Shown here one piece after another: positions 26,173 through 37,171 of a DNA stretch of 64,000 nt (the first letter of the stretch is position 1; each line of letters starts with the position of its first letter). The stretch lies in contig OU015568.1 of NCBI GenBank assembly GCA_907165135.1, positions 2,542,001-2,606,000 of the forward strand, in the 5' to 3' direction. The stretch is from Oikopleura dioica. Taxonomy: Eukaryota; Animalia; Chordata. A program made the position numbers and the translations under genes. The notes under the pieces are model-generated. The model was not told where the DNA came from and did no database searches. It worked only from the letters and a program-made list of their open reading frames with translations.

Positions 26173-26667
26173 TTTGTTGACGAACCAGCATTTGAACCCG
26201 TCAAAATTAGCGGTGAACTTTTCTCTAACTCAGCATTTTAGGAAACAGGCCTGAAAATATGAGCAGAAACCAGCTTCTAGAGCTCGCAAGAGCAAGAGCT
26301 AGGATGGAGTTCAATATATCGCACAGAAGCTCGATGGTAGCCGAGCTGATGGAGACGAGGCCAGAGGTTTCCGAGCGACTCGAGCCAGTCTTTTTTTGTT
26401 TTCGATGAAAGCATAAAAGAATGCGCCGTCTGTACATATGAGGTAAAGAAGAATCAACGGGGGTTGCCTTAATCAAATTTTCAGTTCAACATGACGGATC
26501 ATCTGCCTTCAATTCTCACTGTATGTGGCCATCAAATTTGCGACCCATGCGTTGACAGATGTCTGCGAGACTATGCCCGATGTCCAGTCTGCAGGTTAGA
26601 ACCAAAGGACCTCATTGACTCCGCACGGAGATATAAAGCTGCCAAGCGAGCATTTTTATCGTCTTGA
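26173..26667 (+). CDS. Small RING-HC finger protein (5' end unresolved)
   Basis: Spliced ECAVCTYE|FNMTDHLPSILTVCGHQICDPC...CPVCR. Stop at 26665-26667. Confidence 0.8.
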
Positions 26668-27114
26668 CCAATTTATCTCCCAATGACTTTTCTTTTTACG
26701 ATTTTTCATCCGCAAATAAATGCTTACATGGTCTCTTTTTCGACCTACATTTCGATCGCCCGTAAAAGACTCAGAAAAGCCACCATTGAAAGTCAAGACA
26801 AATGAATACTTCTCAAAAGCTGCGAATAACAACTGTCTTTTAGTAGCCCACTTTTCGAAGGAGACGTTTTGCGACACTACGATTTGTTTCAAGAAAAGCC
26901 GAAGGAACTACCAGGACTCGTTTAAACTCGATTTTCAACACTGTAAAGTTTACACCGGTAAAAATCATTCTGAAAATCATTCTGTAAACAAAATCGTGAT
27001 TCTTCAACGTTCAATTTTATTCCAACCGTTCAAAATAAAAAATACAATCTACAAAATATTTGAATATTTACTTCTTTTATTACAACAAAAAATTGAAAGG
27101 TCAGGCGAAAAAAA

Positions 27115-27977
27115 TTAAACATAATCGGGACTTTTCTGAGATGGAGCGGAGTAATTTGAGGTCGCATAGCCAGGATCTAGATTTTATTTATAAATGAGGG
27201 TTTATTTTTGATCTTTCTCTTACGGAATTGTTCTCGTTCTTCGTCCTCTTCATCGCCAGAGCCTGAGCAGCATCCCATGAACATAATGATCGCTACTCCA
27301 ATAAAAATGGCACTCGCGCACCAGCCGACGTAAATTGCTGCTCCAAGGGTCCACTGAGTTCCCTAGCCAACTCATCAGTATTTTTAAAATTGCCAGTATC
27401 TTACCGCGTTGATGGAGATGGATCCCTGGTGCATTTGGAAGTCCTTCCATCTTTTAATGATCATGTGAGCGGCCCAAGAAGTTGCAGCGAGAATCATGAT
27501 TCCGGCGATTGATAAAAGGCCAGCAGCGCCCCCGGCGGCTTGAACCTTTGCTATCTAGAAAAGATGAATTTCAGCGAAATAGACGTGGAAAACCTTTGTT
27601 GGTGCAATATTGATAGCATCGGAAGAGGCAGTGCCAGCGACAAAACCGATAATAGCGCAAATAAGACCAATGATGACAAGAACTCTGAAACCAATGATTC
27701 CATACTGGGCCAACGCAGCGATTCCAAATTGTGACAGCTTTTGGCAATGGCCCTAAAGATATTTGTTTGAGAACCCAGTTCTGCTGAGCAAACTTACATT
27801 ATCAGCGTTAACAGCTTTCTCGCAATATTTCCAGAGCCCAAGCGATTTCTGCACGCCTGTCTGTATTCCGTTATTATTCTGGACACTTATCGCCCAGTGC
27901 GGAGTCGCAAGGCAATAGACTGTCATGCAAAGAGCAACGAAACTCAAAGCAATTCCAATCGTTCGTATGGCTCCCAT
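27115..27977 (-). CDS. Claudin
   Basis: Four hydrophobic segments, W...GLWKYC...C in the first extracellular loop, WTLGAAIYVGW in TM4, and a C-terminal PDZ-binding -DYV. Confidence 0.9.
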
Positions 27978-28337
27978 CTCTCAAAACTAGCAAATGAAGA
28001 TCTCTTTCTTTTTGGAAAAATTCGAGTTGTGCGAACAAAGGCGAAATTGAAAAATTTAATTTAAAGCTGCTTGAGGTCAAGATTTTATACAATGCAGTTG
28101 GTGACTCGGCGCGTAAATTATCGACCAAATATAGTAATGCAAATATGGTGATCATTGCAAATGCCACGAAATTCCAAATTTTTTCTATTTGTCTTACAAA
28201 CGATGAATAGGAAAGATCAAACGTAGTAATGGATGGAAGGATAGTAATGGGAAAATGAATGGTCGAGGTCAGTGAACTCAGACTTTAGAATCACAGAAAT
28301 AAAGATCAGCTTGGAAAACTATTCAGTCATTGTTGAT

Positions 28338-31045
28338 TTAATTTGCAGAGGAAGTAACTTTTGGAATAAGAGTAAGGGTGTATGCTTCTTCCAAGAGATA
28401 CCATTCTTCATATTGAATTTCACCCGATACAAGGTCAGAAGGATCAAAGAATGGTTTGAATTTTGAGATCCGAATTACTAATTTATCGTTAACGTGACCT
28501 GAATTAAAAGATATAACCTGGAGAGTCAATTAAAAACTGATTGTTTTGGAGAACGTATTCATTGTTTTCGACTCGATCCATTGTCATCTGATGATAAAAA
28601 ACATTTCTATGTGGAGATTCTTTTTCTGGGTCGAATACATAAGCAGCCGTTGCAGTTACTGGTCGAGCAAATGTGAAGTTTTTATTCAATATAACTTAGT
28701 TCTATTGAGTCACTTTTTATTTTTTAGGCTACCTTTCTCATAAATGCATGTTGACTCAATCGGTTTCGGATTTGCAGGGCCGCCAAGAAGTCTTATTATA
28801 TCCCAGCCACTTTCCATCAGATAAGTTTTTTGACAAAGACGCTGGAGTAGAATTTCAATTTGACAAAGAGCAACGGACTGAATATCCTGTTCTTCTTCAT
28901 TCGGGTTTAAATTTAGCCCAACCATACTTCGAGGATAAACAACCATTAAAATAGTTGACAGAATATCTTCAAACGAATGAGTTTCATATTTATCAATAAA
29001 ACAAAGATCATTTTTCATCGCGTGACGAAGAAGCGAACAAACAGAAATCGGAACACAAAGTTGACTATTTTTCTGGTCTATGATATTTTTGGTTAGATTT
29101 TTCATATCTCCATGAATGTGTTTTGTGAAGTTTTGCTTCAAATTCGACATTTGTAAGGATTTTGTCAAATTTGGATCGTCAAGACAGAATGACGAATCGG
29201 CATCTTCAAGTGAAATGATTTTTTTAATTTCGGCAAAAATGTCGAAATGCCAATTCTTGATTTCATTTATTGAAAAACCGTTGCAGCCCTGAATTCAAGA
29301 TATCTGAATCAAAAAACAGACCTGCTCTAAGTACAAGTATTTTAAACTTACTTTCACGATTAAGTCAATTCGACTTCTCTCTTCATCACTTATTGGCTTA
29401 TATAGCAGAGTCCATGTTGTTCTCCAGCTACAGAAAAGAAAATACCAGAAATTTTCTACATTGTACCCAGCTCCAGTTGTAAATTGACCTTGATAAGAAA
29501 ACCCAGGCGACCCAGCAGCTATGAACGTCAAACAATTTATAATAACTTCTTAACCTTACGACGACAAAATGAAATTTCACCCGCCGACGACAAATGTGCC
29601 ATATATGGCACATGTGCGAAATAATCTGTTTTGATGTTCAAAAATTGACATTTTATGTTATCTTTCTGAATTTAAGACATTTCAGGCTTTATGGCATCAT
29701 TTGACATCAAATAACATGTGGTCGGTGTCAGCAATGATTATGGCCCTTTTGTGAGAGAGAATTACGCACAATGCTTTTGCGGCAGGAAAAAGTCCCACCG
29801 ACGACAAATATGCCAAATATGGCACATCGCAATACATTCTTGTGCCATATATGGCACACGACTAGCGAAGCTAAATTCGCCTTTTTGACATATTTGTAGC
29901 GAACCTAACCCAACCAAAGGTCTACCAAGTGAAAGTTTAGCGAAAAGTAGGGCCTTAAAGGGGGGTCGGTGAAATTCCTTCACCACGATAAATATGAGTT
30001 ACGGGCATCTGAAAGCCTTTGTGCCATATATGGCACACTTGTCGTCGTAAGGTTAACTTACATAGTGAGTTATTCCATCGATATTTTGAACCACTGCGCG
30101 TGTAGCCCATTTTTCTGTAGCCAATGTTACCGGTTTGTTCGCTAACGAGGCCGAAATCAATTATTTTTGGAGTTTCATCAAGCATGAGAATATTTTCCAA
30201 TTTTAAATCGAAATGATACATTCCAATACTGCGCAAATAATTAAGACCCATTAAAATCCCCCAGCCAATATTTTTACGCGTCTCAAGTGTGATCGTTTCG
30301 TATCTCAACAGGACTCTCAAGTCAACTTCGGCTCTTTCCATAATTGTGATCCACCCGAGACAGTCCGATTTTTGTTCATCCTTTTTGTGGTAGAGTTCTA
30401 TATTTGAATAGTTATGTATCACGTTTCTATGGATCGGAATCGAAATAACATTTTCTTTTCTCTTTTCTTTTTCAGCGCGAGCAAAATCTTAGAATATTGA
30501 AAAATTTAATGAGCCTTGAATTTCAGACCTTTCGAAAGATGAATATTGTATGCAATCATTTTAGAATCAAAGAACTCTGTAAAAAGAAAAGGGTCAAAAG
30601 GCTGAACCCTCACAGCTGTTCTTAAATGGCCGAAATCGACACCAAAAATGATCGCTTCTCCTCCAGAAGATAAAATCTCAAAGTCTTCCGATAGCTCCCA
30701 CTGGCCCCCTTCTTCTTGTATTTCCCATCGACTGATATCTTTGCCCAACAAAGTTTTATCAGCTTCCAATATCATCTTTTGAGTAATGTTTATTTGAAAA
30801 TTTTCCAGCTCTTGTCGCCCAAGATGAAGAATATATCCACGATCACCATCAAAGCAAAAATAATTCCAGTGAAAAGCATTGTCGTCATCGTCAAAATCCA
30901 TTCGTTCGATAGCTGAGATCAACCTACATTTCTGCGTCCTCGTTGTTGTTCTTTTGAGTTTTGGCAAAAATCCACCGAGCCATTGTTCTATTTTATGTTT
31001 CGCTAATTCAGGCGTAAAGGTCTCGTTTTTCTTTGTTGATTTCAT
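28338..31045 (-). CDS. Divergent protein kinase with a C-terminal papain-like (Cys-His-Asn) domain
   Basis: Kinase motifs LSSGGEAII, TAVRV, WITIMERAE, HFDLKLENILM, KIIDFGL and SAGSPGF. The C-terminal part has DQKNSQLCVPIS and FYHQMTMDRVENNEYVLQN. Confidence 0.85.
29554..30052. mobile_element. piggyBac-like MITE inside a kinase intron
   Basis: Perfect 14-bp TIR CCTTACGACGACAA / TTGTCGTCGTAAGG. TTAA at 29550-29553 and 30053-30056. Internal repeats of the palindrome GTGCCATATATGGCAC. Confidence 0.88.
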
Positions 31046-31406
31046 TTTAATGATTTGGTTCACAAAACGAGCTCTCTACGATTCTTCAAAGTTAAATGAG
31101 AAATCCGAATGTTAACCAGTTTAAATTTGTTTGACCTGAAATATTTACACAGACATAATAAAAATCACGCTAACTTAAAATTTTATGTTTGAATTGACGC
31201 ATTTTTAGGTCCGTGTAGACACAAAAGTCTTCAGATAAAGTTTAAACGCATCACACTTCTGTTTAAATTATTCGCCTTGAAAGCGTTAAAAGTTCATCTC
31301 TTGCCGAATCTTGACCTAACATTTTATTGCCGAGAAAAAAAATATTGACTTCACACATTTAATTTACTGCAAAAATTACACCTTCTATGTCAAAGTGAAA
31401 ATTAAA

Positions 31407-33948
31407 ATGAGATGGCTACTACTTCATTTTAATTTATTCCTTTTATCCTTCGCGGATTATTGCGATCCAGAGAAATGCCCCAATCTAGGTTCTTTACTTT
31501 CTTGTGGCGTGGTTCTAAGTGAGGTCGAGGTTGATGGAGAACTAAAGCCGAAATGCGGCTATTTTACGACAGGCTTCAGAGCGCGTTTCAATGAAATTCG
31601 CGATTTTTGCCAGACGATTTCGGAAGAAACAATCAACCCGATGGATGATTCGCCTGGGGCTGGAACTGGAAACATCGTCTCCTTCAAAAACCTGCAAGAA
31701 AACGAACGAGTGTATTATCATGTTCGAAACGTAACTGGAATAGCCCCTGATTATACCGTCTTTCCATATGGCTACCCGTATATTGGCTTGAGAAAAAACT
31801 GCGAGGACTGTCCTCATTTCTGGCAAGATGGCTCTGTTTTCAGCTTTACGAACTGGTACGACAATGAGCCCAGAATGGTTGAGTACTACAATTGTGGGCA
31901 AATTCAAGGACAGAGATTCAAAATAATATTTTCCGAAAATTTTTTTTAAGAGAAATGTTAAAAAAATTTTCAATTTTCAATAATTTTTTAATCTTCGATA
32001 GTGAGTGGTAATTTTAATGGAAGATGGCGAAACACTATTTGTTCTGGAAATTACCCTGGCTATTGCGAATATTTCCCAAAAGGTCGCCCTGAGCCGCTGA
32101 AAGTACCAAATTTCCCCGATTCCATCCCATTCGGAGGGTGCAAGCCTGGGTGGTGGCGATTCGGTGGCTTTTGCTACAAAGAGTTCGGCATTTCTTCAAA
32201 TTTTTGGGATCCAAGTAGCTTCAAAAATTTCGCAGATGCAAATGCTAGCTGCAATGCGGAGTGGGAAGGCGCAACTTTGGCTCGAGTTCCAACAAGTCAG
32301 CACAACTCGGTCGTGGCTTCCCTTCTTGGTCCATTAAAAAGTGGGTATTCGCCATGGATCGGCATTTCTACTTTTACTTATGCAGAGTACAATTTCGCCC
32401 AAATCAACGGAGACAGGTTGATCTACTCCAATTGGATGCCTCACCACCCAAATCACCTTCAAAATGGACTCGAAGACTGTGTCGAATTAAAATGGTCGAC
32501 TGAATTTTCATATTTCGGTGTCTCTCGCCTCGGGCAATGGGAAAATCGCCCCTGTACAGAGGAAAAACCTTACGTCTGCTCACATGAAGAAAGTGGAGAA
32601 TTTCAAACATACGAGTATCCTGATGATTATGTATACCCGGAAGCAGGAGTGGAATGTGCAGAGAGCTGGTTGCCAAAAGAATATGGCTGCTACAAAATCT
32701 TCTTGGAAGAGAAGAGCTTCAATGATGCGAATAAATACTGTAGTGATGAGGTGAAGCAGCGAATGCCAAATGCAAACGGAAGTCTCGTTACATTCTGGGA
32801 TGACTACGAGCAGAACCTCGCTTTCTCATTCTTTCGGGACGATACTGTACCCGCTCGAGATGAAATAAAATTAGAAACTACTTTCTCAAAAGGAATCTGG
32901 GTTGGGATGACGAAACAACGACAGGGCTACTTTCGCGACTGGCGCTGGGTGGATTTTTGGCCTATCGAGGGAACTCAGTGGGCCATCGGCAGACCTGAAA
33001 AAGGCAATTCAACGAGCAGAAAGGAATGTGCGTATTTGACAAAAGACAACACTGTTTACGACGAAGATTGTAATGAAAAGATGCCGTTCATTTGCAAAGC
33101 CGCATTTGGCAACAATTCATATCACTGGGGTGGCGTTTCGGAGGCTCTTGGAGAAAAACTAGGATGTGATGATGGATGGTCGAATTTTGGCGATCATTGT
33201 TTCAAAGGATTTACAGTAAGCTCGGAGAAGGTTTTCTATTTCACAAATTTTATAGGAGCAGATGACGTGGCAAGACGCTAGAAAATCATGCGTTGCTCAA
33301 GGTGCAGATTTGCCTTCTATTCATTCGAGATATTCTAACAACAGAATTCAGCAAATTTACAGGTAAAACACATTGATGGAGTATGAGATTCTTATTTTAG
33401 AAACTTGACAATTCTTGACGAAAACGAGTCTGGCCCCTGGATTGGTCTTATCACTTACCCAAGCTACACCTGGGTCGACAACACCGGCCTGTCTTACGTA
33501 AACTGGGCATATGGAGAGCCAAATAACATCAATGGGGGAGAAGCGTGTGGCCAAATGTACCAAACAGGATCATGGAACGATGAGAATTGCGATTACCAGC
33601 ATCCTTACATTTGCCAAAAAATAGCTACTTATGAAAACTGCGTTTATGCAAAAGCCTCGACGAATGGGTTTCCTGAACAAGTGGGACCGGCTGGAATCAA
33701 CGAAGTCGAGTGCGTCTTTGAGTACAATGCCTGTTGGGATCCCTTCAATCCGGTAAAATGTTTCAAGGAACGGTTTGAGAAAAAAAAAAATTTTATGAAA
33801 GAATTCTCGTTCAAACTTCAAAAAGCCAGTAAAACAAAAAGAATCGCTTCATCCTGGAATCACCGCAGGAGCGGCAGTTGGAGCAACTCTCGCTGTTCTC
33901 GCCGCAGTTGGTGGAGGATACTACTATTACAAGAATTTCTACTACTGA
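31407..33948 (+). CDS. Type I membrane receptor with four C-type lectin domains (mannose-receptor-like)
   Basis: Signal peptide and four CTLDs with WIGL/WIGI/WVGM cores and W-x(3-4)-P loops. The fourth has NWAYGEPNN...WND..C. A Cys segment and a TM (ITAGAAVGATLAVLAAVGGG) follow, then a short Tyr-rich tail. Confidence 0.9.
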
Positions 33949-34034
33949 AATACAGAGAATAAAAAATCGAAAGCTTTTTATGATTTTATTGAGATACAAA
34001 TGATCAAAAACAGCCCGACCCCTTTTGACATAAA

Positions 34035-34295
34035 ATCGCGGCGAGGCCGTTGCCACCGGCTGAGACAGAACCCCACCGGACCAAGGCTTCTATGTGGACA
34101 TTCGATTGGCACATCGCCCGAGCCCGTCCGGGTCCTCACAGATCACCAGGGGACCTGGGTCTGACCCGGTCCTTATGTTTGTTTATGTTGTTGAGAACCG
34201 GGCTGTGATCGAATAGCGCCCGCATTGTGAGTTTTGGCCCAGCGGGAGACCCGGCGCCAGGACCGATGGACGTTGTGCGCCTCAAGCCCCGATTT
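34035..34295. ncRNA. Candidate structured non-coding RNA (unidentified)
   Basis: GC-rich island between two convergent 3' ends, with several complementary stems and T-runs at both ends. No unambiguous family motif. Confidence 0.3.
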
Positions 34296-34539
34296 GCATG
34301 TTTTTTGGCCATCTCGAGCTGTTTTTGCTGTAAAAAAGGACATTTTCTGAAGCAACAATAGCTTGGCTTGAGTTTTCGGATGCTGACAAAGTTCAAAAAT
34401 GAGCACCGAAAACAACTTTTTAGCCGAGTTTTTGTTCCTTCCAAAAATGAAGCATTCAAGGTGGCAAGAGTAGCAGGGTAAGAATGCACTTTTACGAATA
34501 GATACACATACAGAGTTGGGAACAGTTCGGGGAAGTGAT

Positions 34540-35130
34540 TTATTCCTTCTCCTTCATGAGCTCCTTGATGAAGTTCTCGTAGTGGATCTGGCCGTCGGCG
34601 TCCTCAGCACCCTCGAAGATGATTTCGACTTCTTCGACAGTGAGCTTCTCACCAAGAGTGGCGAGAATATGTCGGACCTCAGCGCCCTAGGGAAGCAATA
34701 AATCTAAAGAAATCAAGGAATAGTACAAACCATAACGGTGCCGTTGCCCTCCTTGTCGAAGACTCGGAGACCCTCGACGAAATCCTCGAAGGTACCGTCC
34801 TGCTGCTTCTCAGCGCAGAATTTGACGTGGTTGACGAACTCGTCGAAGTTGCAGGTCTATGAATTCTCGTTAGGGATGAAAAACGATGGTAAGGTTTACC
34901 TTGGTGTTCATTTCTTCCTTCTTAGGGTTGCCAAGAGCTTCGGCAACGTTGGCATTGGTGGGCTTGAAGCCGAGGCCTCGGATGAGATCTCCGACCTGGT
35001 TGAAGTAGAGCTTGCCCTCGCCGGTTCGATCGTAAAGCTCGAAACCGTCCTTGATATCTTCAATCTGATCCTCGGTGAAGTCAACCTAGTAATTGTTTAG
35101 TCCCTCGAAATTATCTCTTTTACTTACCAT
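34540..35130 (-). CDS. Myosin essential (alkali) light chain, MYL6/MLC1-like
   Basis: ATG-only first exon plus three exons give [23 protein letters not shown]...[11 protein letters not shown]...[35 protein letters not shown]. Confidence 0.95.
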
Positions 35131-35506
35131 TTTCTGTGCTGAGTACTGCTGTGCCTTTGTTTGCGCTCAACGGACTACTGAACTAAAAAGCAAAAACGCC
35201 TTTGAGGAGAGAGATGAGAGAGACAGTCAACTGCCCAAATTTGGAAAGGGAGAGTGGATTATCAGGCGCTTTATCACGCCACTGACAAAATTACTAATCG
35301 ACTTTGGGTTCCTATTTTTGGACTGTAGATCACAGGGCGTATTTGGGGATCAACTTTAAATTGACTACAGGAAATGATGCGGTTCTTCTGTATCGAATGA
35401 TATTTTCTGGCCGGAAATTATTCAATTAATTTAGCAAAAAAAGAGTTTTATGTAAAAAATGACCAAAAATGAAAGAAGAATACAAAGAATAGAAAGAATT
35501 TTCTTA

Positions 35507-37098
35507 GTAGACGAAGAAGATGGCGCAGAAAAGGCTCCATATCCTTTTCATTTCAAAATCGAATGGCCTTGGTACAGGCGCCTACAGGTAAGGAACAGTT
35601 GAAGAATGGCTGAAGAAAAATTTATAGTTTTTTATTGCTTGTTTCACTTTGATACCCTTTCGTGTTATTGGAACGGTCTTATATTGAAATTAACTTGCAT
35701 TTATTTCTATCAAGACCTTGCATAGTTATTATCCTGACGCTTCCTTTTCTATTGGTTTCTTCAAAAATACTCAATTTATCTGATCAGAAAGGTTATTACA
35801 CGAAACCATATCAGATATTTTTCTACAGCTTTTTGCTAAAGGCATGGCTAGATATTCGATGAAATATAAGCTTTCAAAACCATTTGAAGCTCAAATTTTG
35901 ATCAGCCAAACACAAGATAGGTAAATTTATTCTCTTTATTCTCGGCGCTGCAATAAGTCACAAAGGCAGTCCTGCTTCTCGCGACGAAGCGCCAATAATT
36001 GTTCTTGCTCCCCACAGTTTAATTCTCGATTCATGGTTTGCAATTTACCATGGTTTTATCACAGGAGTAGCGCCAAATTCGGTCGCCCAGAGTGGAGTTA
36101 GAGCAATTCCTATTCTTGGCTCAGTTATGAAAAGCTGTGGGGCCATTTTTGTCGACCGCGAAAATCGCAAATCACGCTCAAAAACTGTTCACGAAATCAT
36201 CGAACGAGTGCAATCGGAACAGCCTGTTCCACAGATTAGTTTATTCCCGGAAGGAACTGTTACAAACGGCGAAAGTCTCGTTCAATTTAAAGTTGGCGCG
36301 TTTATTCCAAAAGGTAAAAATCCTTATTACTCCCGAAAGTATCTTTTACCTTTCCAAGTTCCTGTCCAGCCAGTATCGATCACCTTTGAGGGATGGAACA
36401 CGGCTGCCTGGGGGCATGAAGGTCTTGGCTGGTATGTTTTTTATACTCTTGGGAATTTTCGAATCAAGGTACTTCAAAAGTATATGATTTTTTGCAATTG
36501 CTTATTCTTTCAGTTGACCTATGACTACCTTCCGGTGGTCCCGCCGCTAGAAAGTGAGGATCCAATTTCCTTCTCCCGGCGAGTTCGATTAATCTTTAGT
36601 GAGCACACGGGCCTTTCATTATCAAATCTTTCTTATGAAAACGTCCGTATTCATGCGGAGCTAGAGAAGCTTGGACTGCCATTTGACTCGATGGACGTGA
36701 ATTTGGGCAAATTGATGAAATGCTTAGACTACAAGGTCAGACCCAATCAATAGATAAATGATCTAATAACCTTTAAAGATCGAAGATGTTCATGTCCGAC
36801 TTCAAGAATTCGCCAAACTTCGTGGTCCAGAAAAGAATGTCATAACCTCAAGCTCATTGGACAAAGCAGTCAATGGAAAATGCGATCATAGTATCACATA
36901 CTTGAAAAGGAAATGCCTCAAGACTTTCATGATAAAAAAGTCTACGAAAATTCTGAGACTCGCCAAAGATTTTACAACCTCCTTGAACGACACAATGGTC
37001 AAGTCGATGCTGTTTGTTATGTCAGAAATCATAAGTTCTATTTTGCAGACTTAGAAGAGCGAATTTACTGGAAAAATCGACTGAGTTCTAGCGAATAA
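35507..37098 (+). CDS. Lysophosphatidylcholine acyltransferase (LPCAT1/2-like); start codon unresolved
   Basis: EAPIIVLAPHSLILD (HX4D), AIFVDR, LFPEGTVTNG..L..FKVGAFIP and PVQPV, with an N-terminal TM and a degenerate EF-hand-type C-terminus. Confidence 0.9.
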
Positions 37099-37171
37099 AA
37101 TGAGAATAAATAGATTCGATTCTTTGTTTAGTTATTTACATGATTAAAAAAGTTGAAATTGGAAGTTTTTT

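Noticed and set aside
34035-34295. Telomerase RNA, SRP RNA or RNase P assignment for the GC island
   Set aside because: No CTAACCCT template, no SRP helix-8 GNRA/GGAA motif, and no GGAAnnnCUGAG / ACCCAAUUCAG pair.
34136-34507. 123-aa minus-strand ORF
   Set aside because: No start context or homology evident and it overlaps the structured GC island. Kept only as an alternative explanation for that island.
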